Positions 8,553 through 16,749 of a stretch of DNA of 64,000 nt are shown one piece after another (the stretch's first letter is position 1; every line of letters starts with the position of its first letter). The notes beneath the pieces are model-generated. The model was not told the DNA's origin and did not search any database. It saw only the letters and a list, made by a program, of their open reading frames with translations. The stretch covers positions 861 to 64,860 of the forward strand of contig DDWR01000009.1 of the NCBI GenBank assembly GCA_002347655.1, given 5' to 3'. Both the position numbers and the translations under genes were made by a program. Source of the stretch: Verrucomicrobia bacterium UBA2281. Lineage in GTDB: Bacteria; Verrucomicrobiota; Kiritimatiellia; CAIQIC01; Lenti-01.

Positions 8553-10700
8553 TCATTTTTCCGTCAGGTTCCAGATGCCGTCCCAGGCCGCGCCCGGCCC
8601 GGCCGCGGCCAGCGCGCGGCATTTCGCCGCATAGGTTGTCGCCGCCGCATCGGCGCCCAGCTTATCGAACCCTGCCGCCGCGTCGCTCCAGCGGCCGGCC
8701 CGCGCCAGTTCCAGCGCGGCGGCGAACGCCGCCGCTTCCGGAGCCGGCGCTTCGCCTTCCAGCCCGATCGCCTCGAACACCCGCACCGGCGTCTTCCGCC
8801 CCACCACCGTCAATTGCCCCAGCTCGCGGCCCGGGAACGCGCCGTTCGTCAGCGCCCAGGTCGACTCGGCCACCATCATGTAGGTGCCCAGCGCCTTGTT
8901 CGCGCCCTCGAGCCGCGAGGCCAGGTTCGCCGCGTCGCCCAACACCGTGTAGTCGAAGCGGTTGCTCGAGCCCATGTTGCCGACGACGACCGCGCCGGTG
9001 TTCAGGCCGATGCGCATCTTGAGCGTCGCGCCCGTGCGCTGCTCGAATTCCGCGCGGCGTTCGGCCAGCTTGCGCTGGCAGCGGACCGACGCCCGCACCG
9101 CGCGCACCGCGTGGTCGGACTGGCGCAACGGCGCGTTCCAGAACGCGATGATCGCGTCGCCCTCGTACTTGTCCAGCGTGCCGCCTTCCTCGAGGATGAT
9201 GTCGGTCATGTCGGACAGGTAGTCGTTCAGCAGCTTCGTCAGGTCTTCCGGCCCCAGCTTTTCGGAGATGGTCGAAAAGCCCTGCAGGTCGGAGAAGAAA
9301 ATCGTGAGTTCGCGTTTTTCGCCGCCGAGCTTGAGGCTGCCGGGATCGCGCAGGATCTGCTCGATCACGTCGGCGCTCAGGTAATGCTTGAAGGCGCCCT
9401 TGAGGAACAATTTCTGGCGGCCTTCCAGCACGAAGTTCGCGATGGCCCCGCCCAGCAGCGCGAGCATGGCGCCGACCATGCCGCCCGCCGCGGGAAGCAC
9501 GTAGCCGGCCGGCCAGGCCGCGAAGCCCGCCAGGGCCGGCAGCGGAATCAGGACGACGGCCGCCAACGCGCTCTGCCAGCCGCTGCGCGCGGACGCCGCG
9601 GCGACGCCCGCCGCCAGCGCCAGCAACAAGATCCACGCCGCCACGAGCGGCCCCGGCACGTCGCGCAGGAAATCGCCGGCGAGCAGGTCGTCGAGCATCG
9701 TCGCGTGGATTTCCACGCCGGGATAGCCCGCGCCCATCGGCGACGTCACCGTGTCCTTCAGGCCTGGCGCGCTGAAACCGAAGAACACGTGGGCATCCTT
9801 GAAAACGCTTCCGTCCCGGATCGGCGGTTCGGCGCCTTCCAGCAGGCGCACTTCCGACTGGACGACGGCGGCCGCGCCGAACGCCTGATGCGTCCGCGAC
9901 GGGCCGCGGAACTTCAGGATCATGCGGCCGCGGTCGTCCAGCGGAATCCGGCGCCCGCCCACGGCCAGTTCGCCGGATCGGATCGAGATGTCGCCGCGCT
10001 CCGCGCCGAGACCCGCGAGCCAGGCCGCGAAGCCCAGCGTGGGCAGGACCTGGCCGTCGAAGATGCGGAACGGCGCGGCGCGGCGGTAGATGCCGTCGGC
10101 ATCGGCCGCGGCGCTCACGTTGCCGAGCCAAGCCGCCGCGCCCGCCACTTCGGGCACGGGAAACGCCGCCCGCGGCGCAACGAGATCCGCCGCCGCTTCC
10201 GGATGCGCCGCCAGCCATGCTTCCAGCCCCTGGATTTCGATGGGACTGGGCTTGGCATGCTCGGGCCACGTCGCGGTTTGCTCCGTCTGCCGACCGAGAA
10301 AAACCGCGCCGACGAAATTGCCGAAGCGCGCGATGGCGGCGCCGAGCGCTTCGTCGTCGGGCACCCCGTAGGCCGACGGTTCCGTGTAGAGCACGTCGAA
10401 CGCCGCCGTTTGGGCCTCGTTGCGTTTCAGGTAATCCAGCAACGGGCCGTAGACTTCCCGCGGCCACGGCCAGGAGAGCCCTTGTTCCCGGCTACCCCAA
10501 TCCAGGCTTTCCTGATCCAGCAGGACCAGCTTGACCCGGTCCGTCGCTGCGGACGGCCGCGCCAGCGTGCGCGCGCGCCAATCGGCCAGCGGCGCCTCCC
10601 AGCGCGCGACGAGTCCGGTGCGCTCCAGCGCGGCCACGCCCAGCGCCGCCAGCGCGCCGGCCAACAGGCCGCAAGCCGCTTTCTTGGGAAACCGGGCCAT
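8553..10700 (-). CDS. CHASE2 sensor-domain class III adenylate cyclase
   Basis: 715 aa. N-terminal CHASE2-like periplasmic region, then TM helices. Cyclase core: IFFSDLQGFST, DKYEGDAIIAFWNAP, RIGLNTGAVVVGNMG, GDAANLASRLEG. The Lys/Thr specificity pair favours ATP. Confidence 0.9.
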   Translation of the reverse strand: MARFPKKAACGLLAGALAALGVAALERTGLVARWEAPLADWRARTLARPSAATDRVKLVLLDQESLDWGSREQGLSWPWPREVYGPLLDYLKRNEAQTAAFDVLYTEPSAYGVPDDEALGAAIARFGNFVGAVFLGRQTEQTATWPEHAKPSPIEIQGLEAWLAAHPEAAADLVAPRAAFPVPEVAGAAAWLGNVSAAADADGIYRRAAPFRIFDGQVLPTLGFAAWLAGLGAERGDISIRSGELAVGGRRIPLDDRGRMILKFRGPSRTHQAFGAAAVVQSEVRLLEGAEPPIRDGSVFKDAHVFFGFSAPGLKDTVTSPMGAGYPGVEIHATMLDDLLAGDFLRDVPGPLVAAWILLLALAAGVAAASARSGWQSALAAVVLIPLPALAGFAAWPAGYVLPAAGGMVGAMLALLGGAIANFVLEGRQKLFLKGAFKHYLSADVIEQILRDPGSLKLGGEKRELTIFFSDLQGFSTISEKLGPEDLTKLLNDYLSDMTDIILEEGGTLDKYEGDAIIAFWNAPLRQSDHAVRAVRASVRCQRKLAERRAEFEQRTGATLKMRIGLNTGAVVVGNMGSSNRFDYTVLGDAANLASRLEGANKALGTYMMVAESTWALTNGAFPGRELGQLTVVGRKTPVRVFEAIGLEGEAPAPEAAAFAAALELARAGRWSDAAAGFDKLGADAAATTYAAKCRALAAAGPGAAWDGIWNLTEK

Positions 10701-10703
10701 CGC

Positions 10704-11621
10704 CTAGAGCGATTTCGTCGCGGCCAGAAAACGCTTCTGCCGGGCGTTGGCCGACGCCTTCGACGACGCCACGCCGCTCTTCCGGAGTTCCTTGATGCGG
10801 TCCGCCGGCGCCGGATGGGTCGCCGCGAAATCCTTGCGCGACGCATCCCAGTTCTTGGCCATGTTCTCCAGCATCGCGACCAGCGCGCCGGAATTGTAGC
10901 CGGCCTGCTTGAGGATCGCGACCGCCGCGGCGTCCGCCTCGTATTCCAGTTTCCGCGAATAGCCGCTGTTCATCAGCGTCCCGGAGATGTCATTGATGGA
11001 TTCGTCGAAGGCCTTGGTCACTTCGGCGAGCTGTTCACCCGCGAGGTTCTTGCCGGCCTCGACCGCCAGGATCGTCAGGGCGGACCCGAGCCGGCCCGTC
11101 TTGATGGCCCGCAGCCCGTGCACCTTTTCGACGTGGCCGATTTCGTGCGCGAGCACGGCGGCCAGTTCGTCCTCGGTTTCGCAGCACTTCAGCAGGCCGC
11201 GCGTCACCAGGATCAGCCCGCCCGGCGCCGCGAAGGCGTTGATGTCGTCGGAATCCAGCGCCAGGAAATGGTAGCCGCCGAAGGTTTCCGGCTTGGTCGA
11301 GAACTGCGCCAGCGCCTGGCCCAGGCGGTTCAGATAGCCGTTGAGGTCGTCCGCCGGGTACGCCTTGTACTGCGCCAGCACCGTCGCCGCCACCGTGCGG
11401 CCGACGTAGTATTCCTGCTCCGGCGTGATGTCCTGGAAGGTCTTCGTCACCGCCGTGCCCACGCGCTTGGTGCTTTCGGCCTGGTCCGGCGTGATGACGC
11501 CGCCGGCGGCCGCCACGTCGGCCGCGAGCGCCGTCGCCTGGTTGACCATTTCGCAGCCCGTCGTCGCCCACGCCAGCGCCAGCGCCGCGAACCCCGTCGT
11601 CAAAATCGAAATTTTGTTCAT
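10704..11621 (-). CDS. M48-family zinc metallopeptidase lipoprotein (BepA/YfgC-like protease domain)
   Basis: HEIGH motif in AAVLAHEIGHVEKVHG, downstream EYEADAAAV, and lipobox LAWATTGC. Confidence 0.9.
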   Translation of the reverse strand: MNKISILTTGFAALALAWATTGCEMVNQATALAADVAAAGGVITPDQAESTKRVGTAVTKTFQDITPEQEYYVGRTVAATVLAQYKAYPADDLNGYLNRLGQALAQFSTKPETFGGYHFLALDSDDINAFAAPGGLILVTRGLLKCCETEDELAAVLAHEIGHVEKVHGLRAIKTGRLGSALTILAVEAGKNLAGEQLAEVTKAFDESINDISGTLMNSGYSRKLEYEADAAAVAILKQAGYNSGALVAMLENMAKNWDASRKDFAATHPAPADRIKELRKSGVASSKASANARQKRFLAATKSL

Positions 11622-11631
11622 GTCGCGCTCC

Positions 11632-12093
11632 TCAGCGAACCAAGTCGCCCTGTTTCAGGAATTCGACCAGCTGCTCGCTCGGCACGGTTTGCCGGCCCAT
11701 CCAATCCACCCAGGTGAAATCCAGCTGGGGATTCTGCTTCTTGTATTCGGATTCGACTTCCTTGCTGAAGCCCTTGCCGGCCAGCGCGACTTCCTCGCTG
11801 CCGACGGACTGGACGCGCGCGTCCGCGCCGCCCGACGCCAGCACGACTTTTTTCGGCGTGAGCGCCGACTCGTGGATCCAGCCGGTTTTTCCGGCGATGG
11901 ACACCTCGCACCAGCCCGCCTGGGTCTGGTTGACGGTCACGCGGTCGCCGTAGGCCACCGTGCCGACCACCGTGCCCAGGAACGACCCGCGGTTGCGCAA
12001 CTGTCCGTCGCGCACCTGCACGCTCATTTCTTTCGCCGCCCATGCGGCGGTCGCCGCGAGCGCCATGCAGCCTGCCAGAATCCACGTTTTCAT
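11632..12093 (-). CDS. Secreted bacterial SH3 (SH3b) domain protein
   Basis: Signal peptide MKTWILAGCMALAATAAWA. SH3-like GTVAYGDRVTVNQTQAGWCEVSIAGKTGWIHESAL. GGAG SD. Confidence 0.7.
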   Translation of the reverse strand: MKTWILAGCMALAATAAWAAKEMSVQVRDGQLRNRGSFLGTVVGTVAYGDRVTVNQTQAGWCEVSIAGKTGWIHESALTPKKVVLASGGADARVQSVGSEEVALAGKGFSKEVESEYKKQNPQLDFTWVDWMGRQTVPSEQLVEFLKQGDLVR

Positions 12094-12107
12094 GCTTTGT
12101 CTCCGCG

Positions 12108-13052
12108 TTACTTGTTTTCCAGTCGCTGTGCGGCCTGGAAAGTTACAAAAAGTTCGCCCAATTTCTTCGCAACCGATTCGTCGTCAAGGCGTTCCGCGAC
12201 GACCACGCCCTCTTCCAGCGTGCGCAGGGCTTCCGGCCGGAGGCCTTGCGCCCACAAGCTGCGCGCGGACCGGTAGAACCGGTCGGCGGCCCCGGCGAGA
12301 TCGTCCGCCGCCTGCGCCTGGCGGCCGCCAGCGGCCAAGGCGCGGGCCATGTCCGGCAGGCGCCCCGCCTTTTTCCACAGCGCGGCGGCTTCGTCCTGCC
12401 GCGCCAAGGCATCCTTCGGCTTATTTTCCGCCGCGGCGATCGCAGCGCGCATTTCGGCTTGTTCCGCCTGCAGCGATTCCGGCAGGGCGGCCCACGCCTT
12501 CGCCGGCATTCCCGCCAGTGCCCGCGTGGCCGCCGCGGAATTTTCCTGTGCCAACTCCGCGCCGCTTTGCGCGAGCAAAGCCTGCGCCTGCAGCGCGGGC
12601 GCGGGCTTCAGCTCCAGCGCCGCGGCGACGCGCACCTGCGCCGCGGCGGGTTGGCCGCGCGCCTGTTCCGCGCGCGCGGCCGCCACAAGCAGTTCCGCGC
12701 GGCGCGCGGATTCGATCCGCGCGTCCGCCAGCGCTTCGTCGAGCCCCGCCAAGGCGTCCGCGGCCTGGCCGGCCGCCACCAGGGCCGTCGCGCGGTTCAC
12801 GGCGGAGATCGCCAAGGCGTCCGCGTCGTCCAGCGCGCGCGCGCGCTGCTGGGCCCGGCCGTAGGCATCCGCCGCGCGACGGTAATCCCCGCGCTCATAG
12901 GCGCCCCGGCCCGTCGTGACGTGCGACACCCAGTCCGCGTCCGTGAACCGCGGCGCCGGCGGCGTCGCGCACCCCGCCGCCAAGGCGACCGCCAAGGCCG
13001 CAACCCAGCTTCCCCTGAACCCTGAACCCTGACTCCTGACTCCTGTCCTCAT
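12108..13052 (-). CDS. TPR-like all-helical lipoprotein
   Basis: Start MRTGVRSQG overlaps the MlaD stop (ATGA). Lipobox LAAGC. Ala/Leu-rich helical repeats. The long ORF 12108-13907 is a composite, and only this part is supported. Confidence 0.65.
   Translation of the reverse strand: MRTGVRSQGSGFRGSWVAALAVALAAGCATPPAPRFTDADWVSHVTTGRGAYERGDYRRAADAYGRAQQRARALDDADALAISAVNRATALVAAGQAADALAGLDEALADARIESARRAELLVAAARAEQARGQPAAAQVRVAAALELKPAPALQAQALLAQSGAELAQENSAAATRALAGMPAKAWAALPESLQAEQAEMRAAIAAAENKPKDALARQDEAAALWKKAGRLPDMARALAAGGRQAQAADDLAGAADRFYRSARSLWAQGLRPEALRTLEEGVVVAERLDDESVAKKLGELFVTFQAAQRLENK
13014..13048. repeat. Five tandem heptamers CCTGAAC CCTGAAC CCTGACT CCTGACT CCTGTCC
   Basis: Read directly. 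They occupy codons 2-13 of the TPR lipoprotein gene, immediately after the ATGA junction with mlaD. Confidence 0.8.
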
Positions 13053-14017
13053 GGCACCAACACCTCCTCGGCGCGGGCCGCGGCGTCCGAGCCCATGTAT
13101 TTTTTCAGCAGCCAATGTTTCTGCAGGCCGTCCAGCAGCGTCGTCGTTTCGCGCATCAGCGCCTGCGCGTCGCCGACCACGGCGGGCAGGTTGTCGATTT
13201 CGCCGCCGACGGTGTCGGCCATCGGAGCCAGCTTCGCCACCGTCGCCTGCAGTTCCGTCGCCACGGCATTGATTTTCGCCACCAGCTGCTGCACGTCGGC
13301 GACGATCGCCTGCACGTTTTGGGCCAGGGCCGGATCGTTCAGGATCTGCGCGGGCAGGCCGGGACCCGTGCGGACGTCTTCCAGCAAGCCGTTCGCGTTC
13401 GCCAGCAGCAGCTGCAGGCTGCCGTCGGGATCGTTCAGCGAGCCGCCCAGCGCCATGTATTCGGCGATGGCGCCGTTCACCAGCGCCAGGGTGTTGATCG
13501 CCTCCTTGCGGATCGCTTCCAGCGCTTCCTGGAGCATCTGGACGATTTCGACGTCCTTCTTGATGACGATTTCGCCGCCCGGCGCGACGGGGCCACCCCG
13601 CACGGGCAGATCCGCGCCGGTTTCGTCCTTGTCGGCGCCCAGTTCGATGTAGGCATCGCCCGTCACCACCATTTTCTTCTTCACCCAGGCGACCATGTCG
13701 GTCTTCACGTGCCGCAAGAACGACCCGCGCACCCGGATGGTGCCGGAAATGGCGCCCGTTTCGTCGTCCACGAGCAGATCCTGCACGCTGCCGACCGGCG
13801 TGCCCAGCAGGATGACTTCGGCGCCTTTTTTCAGGCCCATGAAGCCTTCCCCATGGCCCTCTTCCTGCGGCAATTTCAGCTGGAGCACGGCGGAGCCTTC
13901 GAACCAATGCTGCGCACGGCCCGCCACCAGGACGCCCGCCAGCAGAAGCAGGACCACCAGCAGCACGAAACCGCCCACGATTTCGTTCACGTATCGGAAC
14001 TTGAATTTTTTCGCCAT
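13049..14017 (-). CDS. MlaD/MCE-family substrate-binding protein
   Basis: N-terminal TM (VGGFVLLVVLLLLAGVLVAG), MCE domain (GLKKGAEVILLGTPVGSVQDL) and a long helical C-terminus. Confidence 0.85.
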   Translation of the reverse strand: MAKKFKFRYVNEIVGGFVLLVVLLLLAGVLVAGRAQHWFEGSAVLQLKLPQEEGHGEGFMGLKKGAEVILLGTPVGSVQDLLVDDETGAISGTIRVRGSFLRHVKTDMVAWVKKKMVVTGDAYIELGADKDETGADLPVRGGPVAPGGEIVIKKDVEIVQMLQEALEAIRKEAINTLALVNGAIAEYMALGGSLNDPDGSLQLLLANANGLLEDVRTGPGLPAQILNDPALAQNVQAIVADVQQLVAKINAVATELQATVAKLAPMADTVGGEIDNLPAVVGDAQALMRETTTLLDGLQKHWLLKKYMGSDAAARAEEVLVP

Positions 14018-14027
14018 GGTTTGCTCC

Positions 14028-14675
14028 TCAATCCCGCGCGGGCGCCGCGACCGTCAGCGGCGCCAGTGCCGCGCGCGTCTCCGCATCCATATCCTCGTCC
14101 AGCCAGACGACTGCGCAACCGGCCGCCCGGACGAGGGCAACCGCGGCGCGCAGCCGCGCGGCGTCTTCCGCCGGCGCACCGCGCAGCGGCCGCTCCAGCA
14201 CCAGCGCTTCCGGCCGGCCCGCAAACGCGCGCGTCCAGGCGAGCTTGCGCCGGTCGCGCTCGCGCACCGCCGGCGCGCGTTCCGCCGGCAACGGCCAGAC
14301 GCCGAAAAACCGCGCCCATTCCTCGATCGCTGCCGCCGCGTCGGCCCGCCGGTGGATGCGCGCCGGCAGCCAGACGTTTTCGTCCATGTCCAGATTCGCC
14401 AGCAGGCCGCCGTCCGCGAAGACGCACCCGATGCAGCCCCGTTCCGCCGCGGCCGCCGCGGGATCGCGGTCCCGCCACTCGACGCCTTTCCAGAACACCT
14501 GCCCGTGCGGCGGCGGCTCGATGCCCGTCAGCCAGTCCAGCCACGACCGGCCGGAATCCGTTCCGTCGGGAATCCAGAGCGCCGCGCCCGGTGCCAGCGC
14601 GAAGCTCCACGCCGGCCCCGGCGCCGCCCCGCGCACCGCCGCCACCCGGATCAATTCGCTGGATTCGCCGTCCAT
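14028..14675 (-). CDS. MlaF-like ABC ATPase homolog with all catalytic motifs degenerate (pseudo-ATPase)
   Basis: Motif spacing is ABC-like. Walker A is DGTDSGRS, Q-loop FADGG, signature VRERD, Walker B ALVLERP, H-loop WLDED. Confidence 0.65.
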   Translation of the reverse strand: MDGESSELIRVAAVRGAAPGPAWSFALAPGAALWIPDGTDSGRSWLDWLTGIEPPPHGQVFWKGVEWRDRDPAAAAAERGCIGCVFADGGLLANLDMDENVWLPARIHRRADAAAAIEEWARFFGVWPLPAERAPAVRERDRRKLAWTRAFAGRPEALVLERPLRGAPAEDAARLRAAVALVRAAGCAVVWLDEDMDAETRAALAPLTVAAPARD

Positions 14676-14685
14676 TCCGCTTTTC

Positions 14686-15486
14686 CTAGAGATACGCCAT
14701 CAGGGACACCAGCAGCGACGTCACGAACAGCGCCGCCACCGACCGCATCACGCCGCGGGTCGCCGCGATGGGCACTTCCGTGACCGCCGCGCCCACGGCG
14801 AACGCTTCGTCGCAGCAGATCGCGCCCGTCAGCATGCCCGGCAGGATCGACTTCGCCAGCAGGCTGAAGACGTCCGCCACCGTCACCGCGCCGATGATGT
14901 TGCCGAAAAACAGGCCCATGTCGAGGTCGCCCAGGCGGATCACCCACAGGCACGCGAAGCCGCCGATGAAGGTCACCGCCAGAAAAATGATCGTCAGGCA
15001 GAAGGTCGAGGCCGCCACGCCGATCACGCGCGGCACCACCAGGTAGACGAACGGATCGATGCCCATCGCGTCCAGCGCGCGCACTTCCCCGTGGACCTTC
15101 ATGTTGGCCAGTTCCGTCGAGATGGCCGTGCCGCTGCGCGCGATCACCACGAAATTCGTCAAGAGCGGCCCCAGTTCGCGCAGCACGACGGCGGTCAGGA
15201 TGGGGCCGATGAGCGCCGTCTGGCCCAGGCGCGTCAGCCAGTACTGCGCCTGCACGACGACCAACGTGCCCACGATCAGCGCGATGAGCGCGACGAAGTT
15301 CGTCGCTTCCAGCCCCGTGAAAAGGATCTGGCGCGCCAGCACGTTGCGCAGCGGCGGGGTCCAGAGCGCCGGCCGCAGCGCCTGCGTCCCCGCCGCCCAG
15401 ACCAGCGCGGCCGTCCGCGCCGCCCGGCCCAACCGGGCCAGCGTCGCCGCGCCAATGGCACCCAACACGTTCATCTTGCGCGGCAT
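14686..15486 (-). CDS. MlaE-family ABC transporter permease
   Basis: RELGPLLTNFVVIARSGTAISTELANMKVHGEVRALDAMGIDPFVYLVVPRV is the MlaE signature region. Start is MPRKMNVL (15486) or MNVL (15474). Confidence 0.85.
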   Translation of the reverse strand: MPRKMNVLGAIGAATLARLGRAARTAALVWAAGTQALRPALWTPPLRNVLARQILFTGLEATNFVALIALIVGTLVVVQAQYWLTRLGQTALIGPILTAVVLRELGPLLTNFVVIARSGTAISTELANMKVHGEVRALDAMGIDPFVYLVVPRVIGVAASTFCLTIIFLAVTFIGGFACLWVIRLGDLDMGLFFGNIIGAVTVADVFSLLAKSILPGMLTGAICCDEAFAVGAAVTEVPIAATRGVMRSVAALFVTSLLVSLMAYL

Positions 15487-15530
15487 TATAGAGACCCCCG
15501 CCCGCCCCGCACAACACAATCTGCGCCGAC

Positions 15531-15559
15531 TTGCCCTGCACCCCGAACGCGGCTATCTT
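15531..15559 (+). promoter_or_regulatory. Candidate sigma-70 promoter TTGCCC-N17-TATCTT ending 8 nt before the mutY ATG (leaderless geometry)
   Basis: Hexamers and spacing read from the sequence. No SD before ATG 15568. Confidence 0.35.
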
Positions 15560-15567
15560 GTTTTTTC

Positions 15568-16701
15568 ATGTCTTCGTCCAAAATCCAGCCTTTGCGCTCC
15601 GCGGTGCGGCGGAGGCTGCTGCCGTGGTTCGCGCGGAACGCGCGCGACCTGCCGTGGCGCGCGGAGCCGCGCCGGCCGTATGCCGTCTGGATTTCGGAAA
15701 TCATGCTCCAGCAGACCCGGGTGGACACCGTCGTGCCCTATTTCCAGCGGTTCCTGACCCGGTTCCCCGGTCCGGCCGCCCTCGCCGCCGCCCCCCTCCA
15801 GGACGTCCTGAAGCTCTGGGAGGGCCTCGGCTACTACTCCCGCGCCCGCCAGATCCACAAAACGGCGAAACTCCTCGCCCGCGACCATGGCGGCGAACTC
15901 CCGGCCGATCCCGCCGCCCTCGCCGCCCTGCCCGGCCTCGGCCCCTATACCGTCGCCGCCGTCGCCTCGTTCGCGTTCGGGCACCCCCTCGCCGTTCTCG
16001 ACGGCAACGTCATCCGCGTGTTTTCCCGCTTGCTGGCCTTGCCCGACGACGTCGGTTTGCCCGCCACGAAGAAAAAGCTCCAGCGCCTCGCCGACGAGTT
16101 GCTCCTGCGGGACAAACCCGCCGCGACCAACGAAGCCTGGATGGAACTCGGCGCGCTGGTCTGCACGCCGCGCCAGCCCTGTTGTCCCGATTGTCCGTTG
16201 CGCGGCGTCTGCCGCGCCGCCAAGCTCAAGACTCCCGAAGCGTACCCGAACAAGAAGAAGAAAATGAAAGTGCCCCACAAAATCGTCGGCGCCGCCGTCA
16301 TCCTCAACGCGAAAAACCAGATCCTGATCGCCCAGCGCAATCCCGAAAAAGGCATGCTCGCTGGCCTGTGGGAATTCCCCGGCGGCAAGATCGCCGAGGG
16401 CGAAACGATGCCGGCGTGCATCGCCCGCGAACTGAAGGAAGAAATGGGCATCGCGATCGACGTCGGCCCGCATCTCGTCACCGTGCACCACGCTTACAGC
16501 CATTTCACCATCGAGCTCCACGCTCATTTCGCGCGCATCCGCGCCGGCCGCCCGCGCCATCTGGAGTGCTCCGGCCACGCCTGGACCACGCGCGACAAGT
16601 TCGCCGACTTCCCCTTCTCCAAAGCCGACTTGGAAATCATCCGCGCCCTGCGCGCCTTGCCGGAGCCGCCCCGGCTGCGCGACGTTTTTCCGGAAATCTA
16701 A
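15568..16701 (+). CDS. mutY: A/G-specific adenine DNA glycosylase with a MutT-like C-terminal Nudix domain
   Basis: HhH-GPD (LPGLGPYTVAAVASFAF), Fe-S loop CTPRQPCCPDCPLRGVC, and a C-terminal domain with a complete Nudix box GKIAEGETMPACIARELKEEMGI. Confidence 0.9.
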   Translation: MSSSKIQPLRSAVRRRLLPWFARNARDLPWRAEPRRPYAVWISEIMLQQTRVDTVVPYFQRFLTRFPGPAALAAAPLQDVLKLWEGLGYYSRARQIHKTAKLLARDHGGELPADPAALAALPGLGPYTVAAVASFAFGHPLAVLDGNVIRVFSRLLALPDDVGLPATKKKLQRLADELLLRDKPAATNEAWMELGALVCTPRQPCCPDCPLRGVCRAAKLKTPEAYPNKKKKMKVPHKIVGAAVILNAKNQILIAQRNPEKGMLAGLWEFPGGKIAEGETMPACIARELKEEMGIAIDVGPHLVTVHHAYSHFTIELHAHFARIRAGRPRHLECSGHAWTTRDKFADFPFSKADLEIIRALRALPEPPRLRDVFPEI

Positions 16702-16713
16702 CCGCATCATAAT

Positions 16714-16741
16714 TTGATATTCAGTTAACGATTGCTATATA
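16714..16741 (+). promoter_or_regulatory. Candidate promoter TTGATA-N16-TATATA ending 8 nt before ATG 16750
   Basis: AT-rich island between mutY and the next gene. Hexamers read directly. Confidence 0.35.
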
Positions 16742-16749
16742 GATAGACC

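Noticed and set aside
8532-11717. 1061-aa plus-strand ORF
   Set aside because: It is the antisense shadow of the CHASE2 cyclase, M48 and SH3 genes. It is Arg/Gly/His/Pro-rich with no motif, and the opposite strand carries clear domain signatures.
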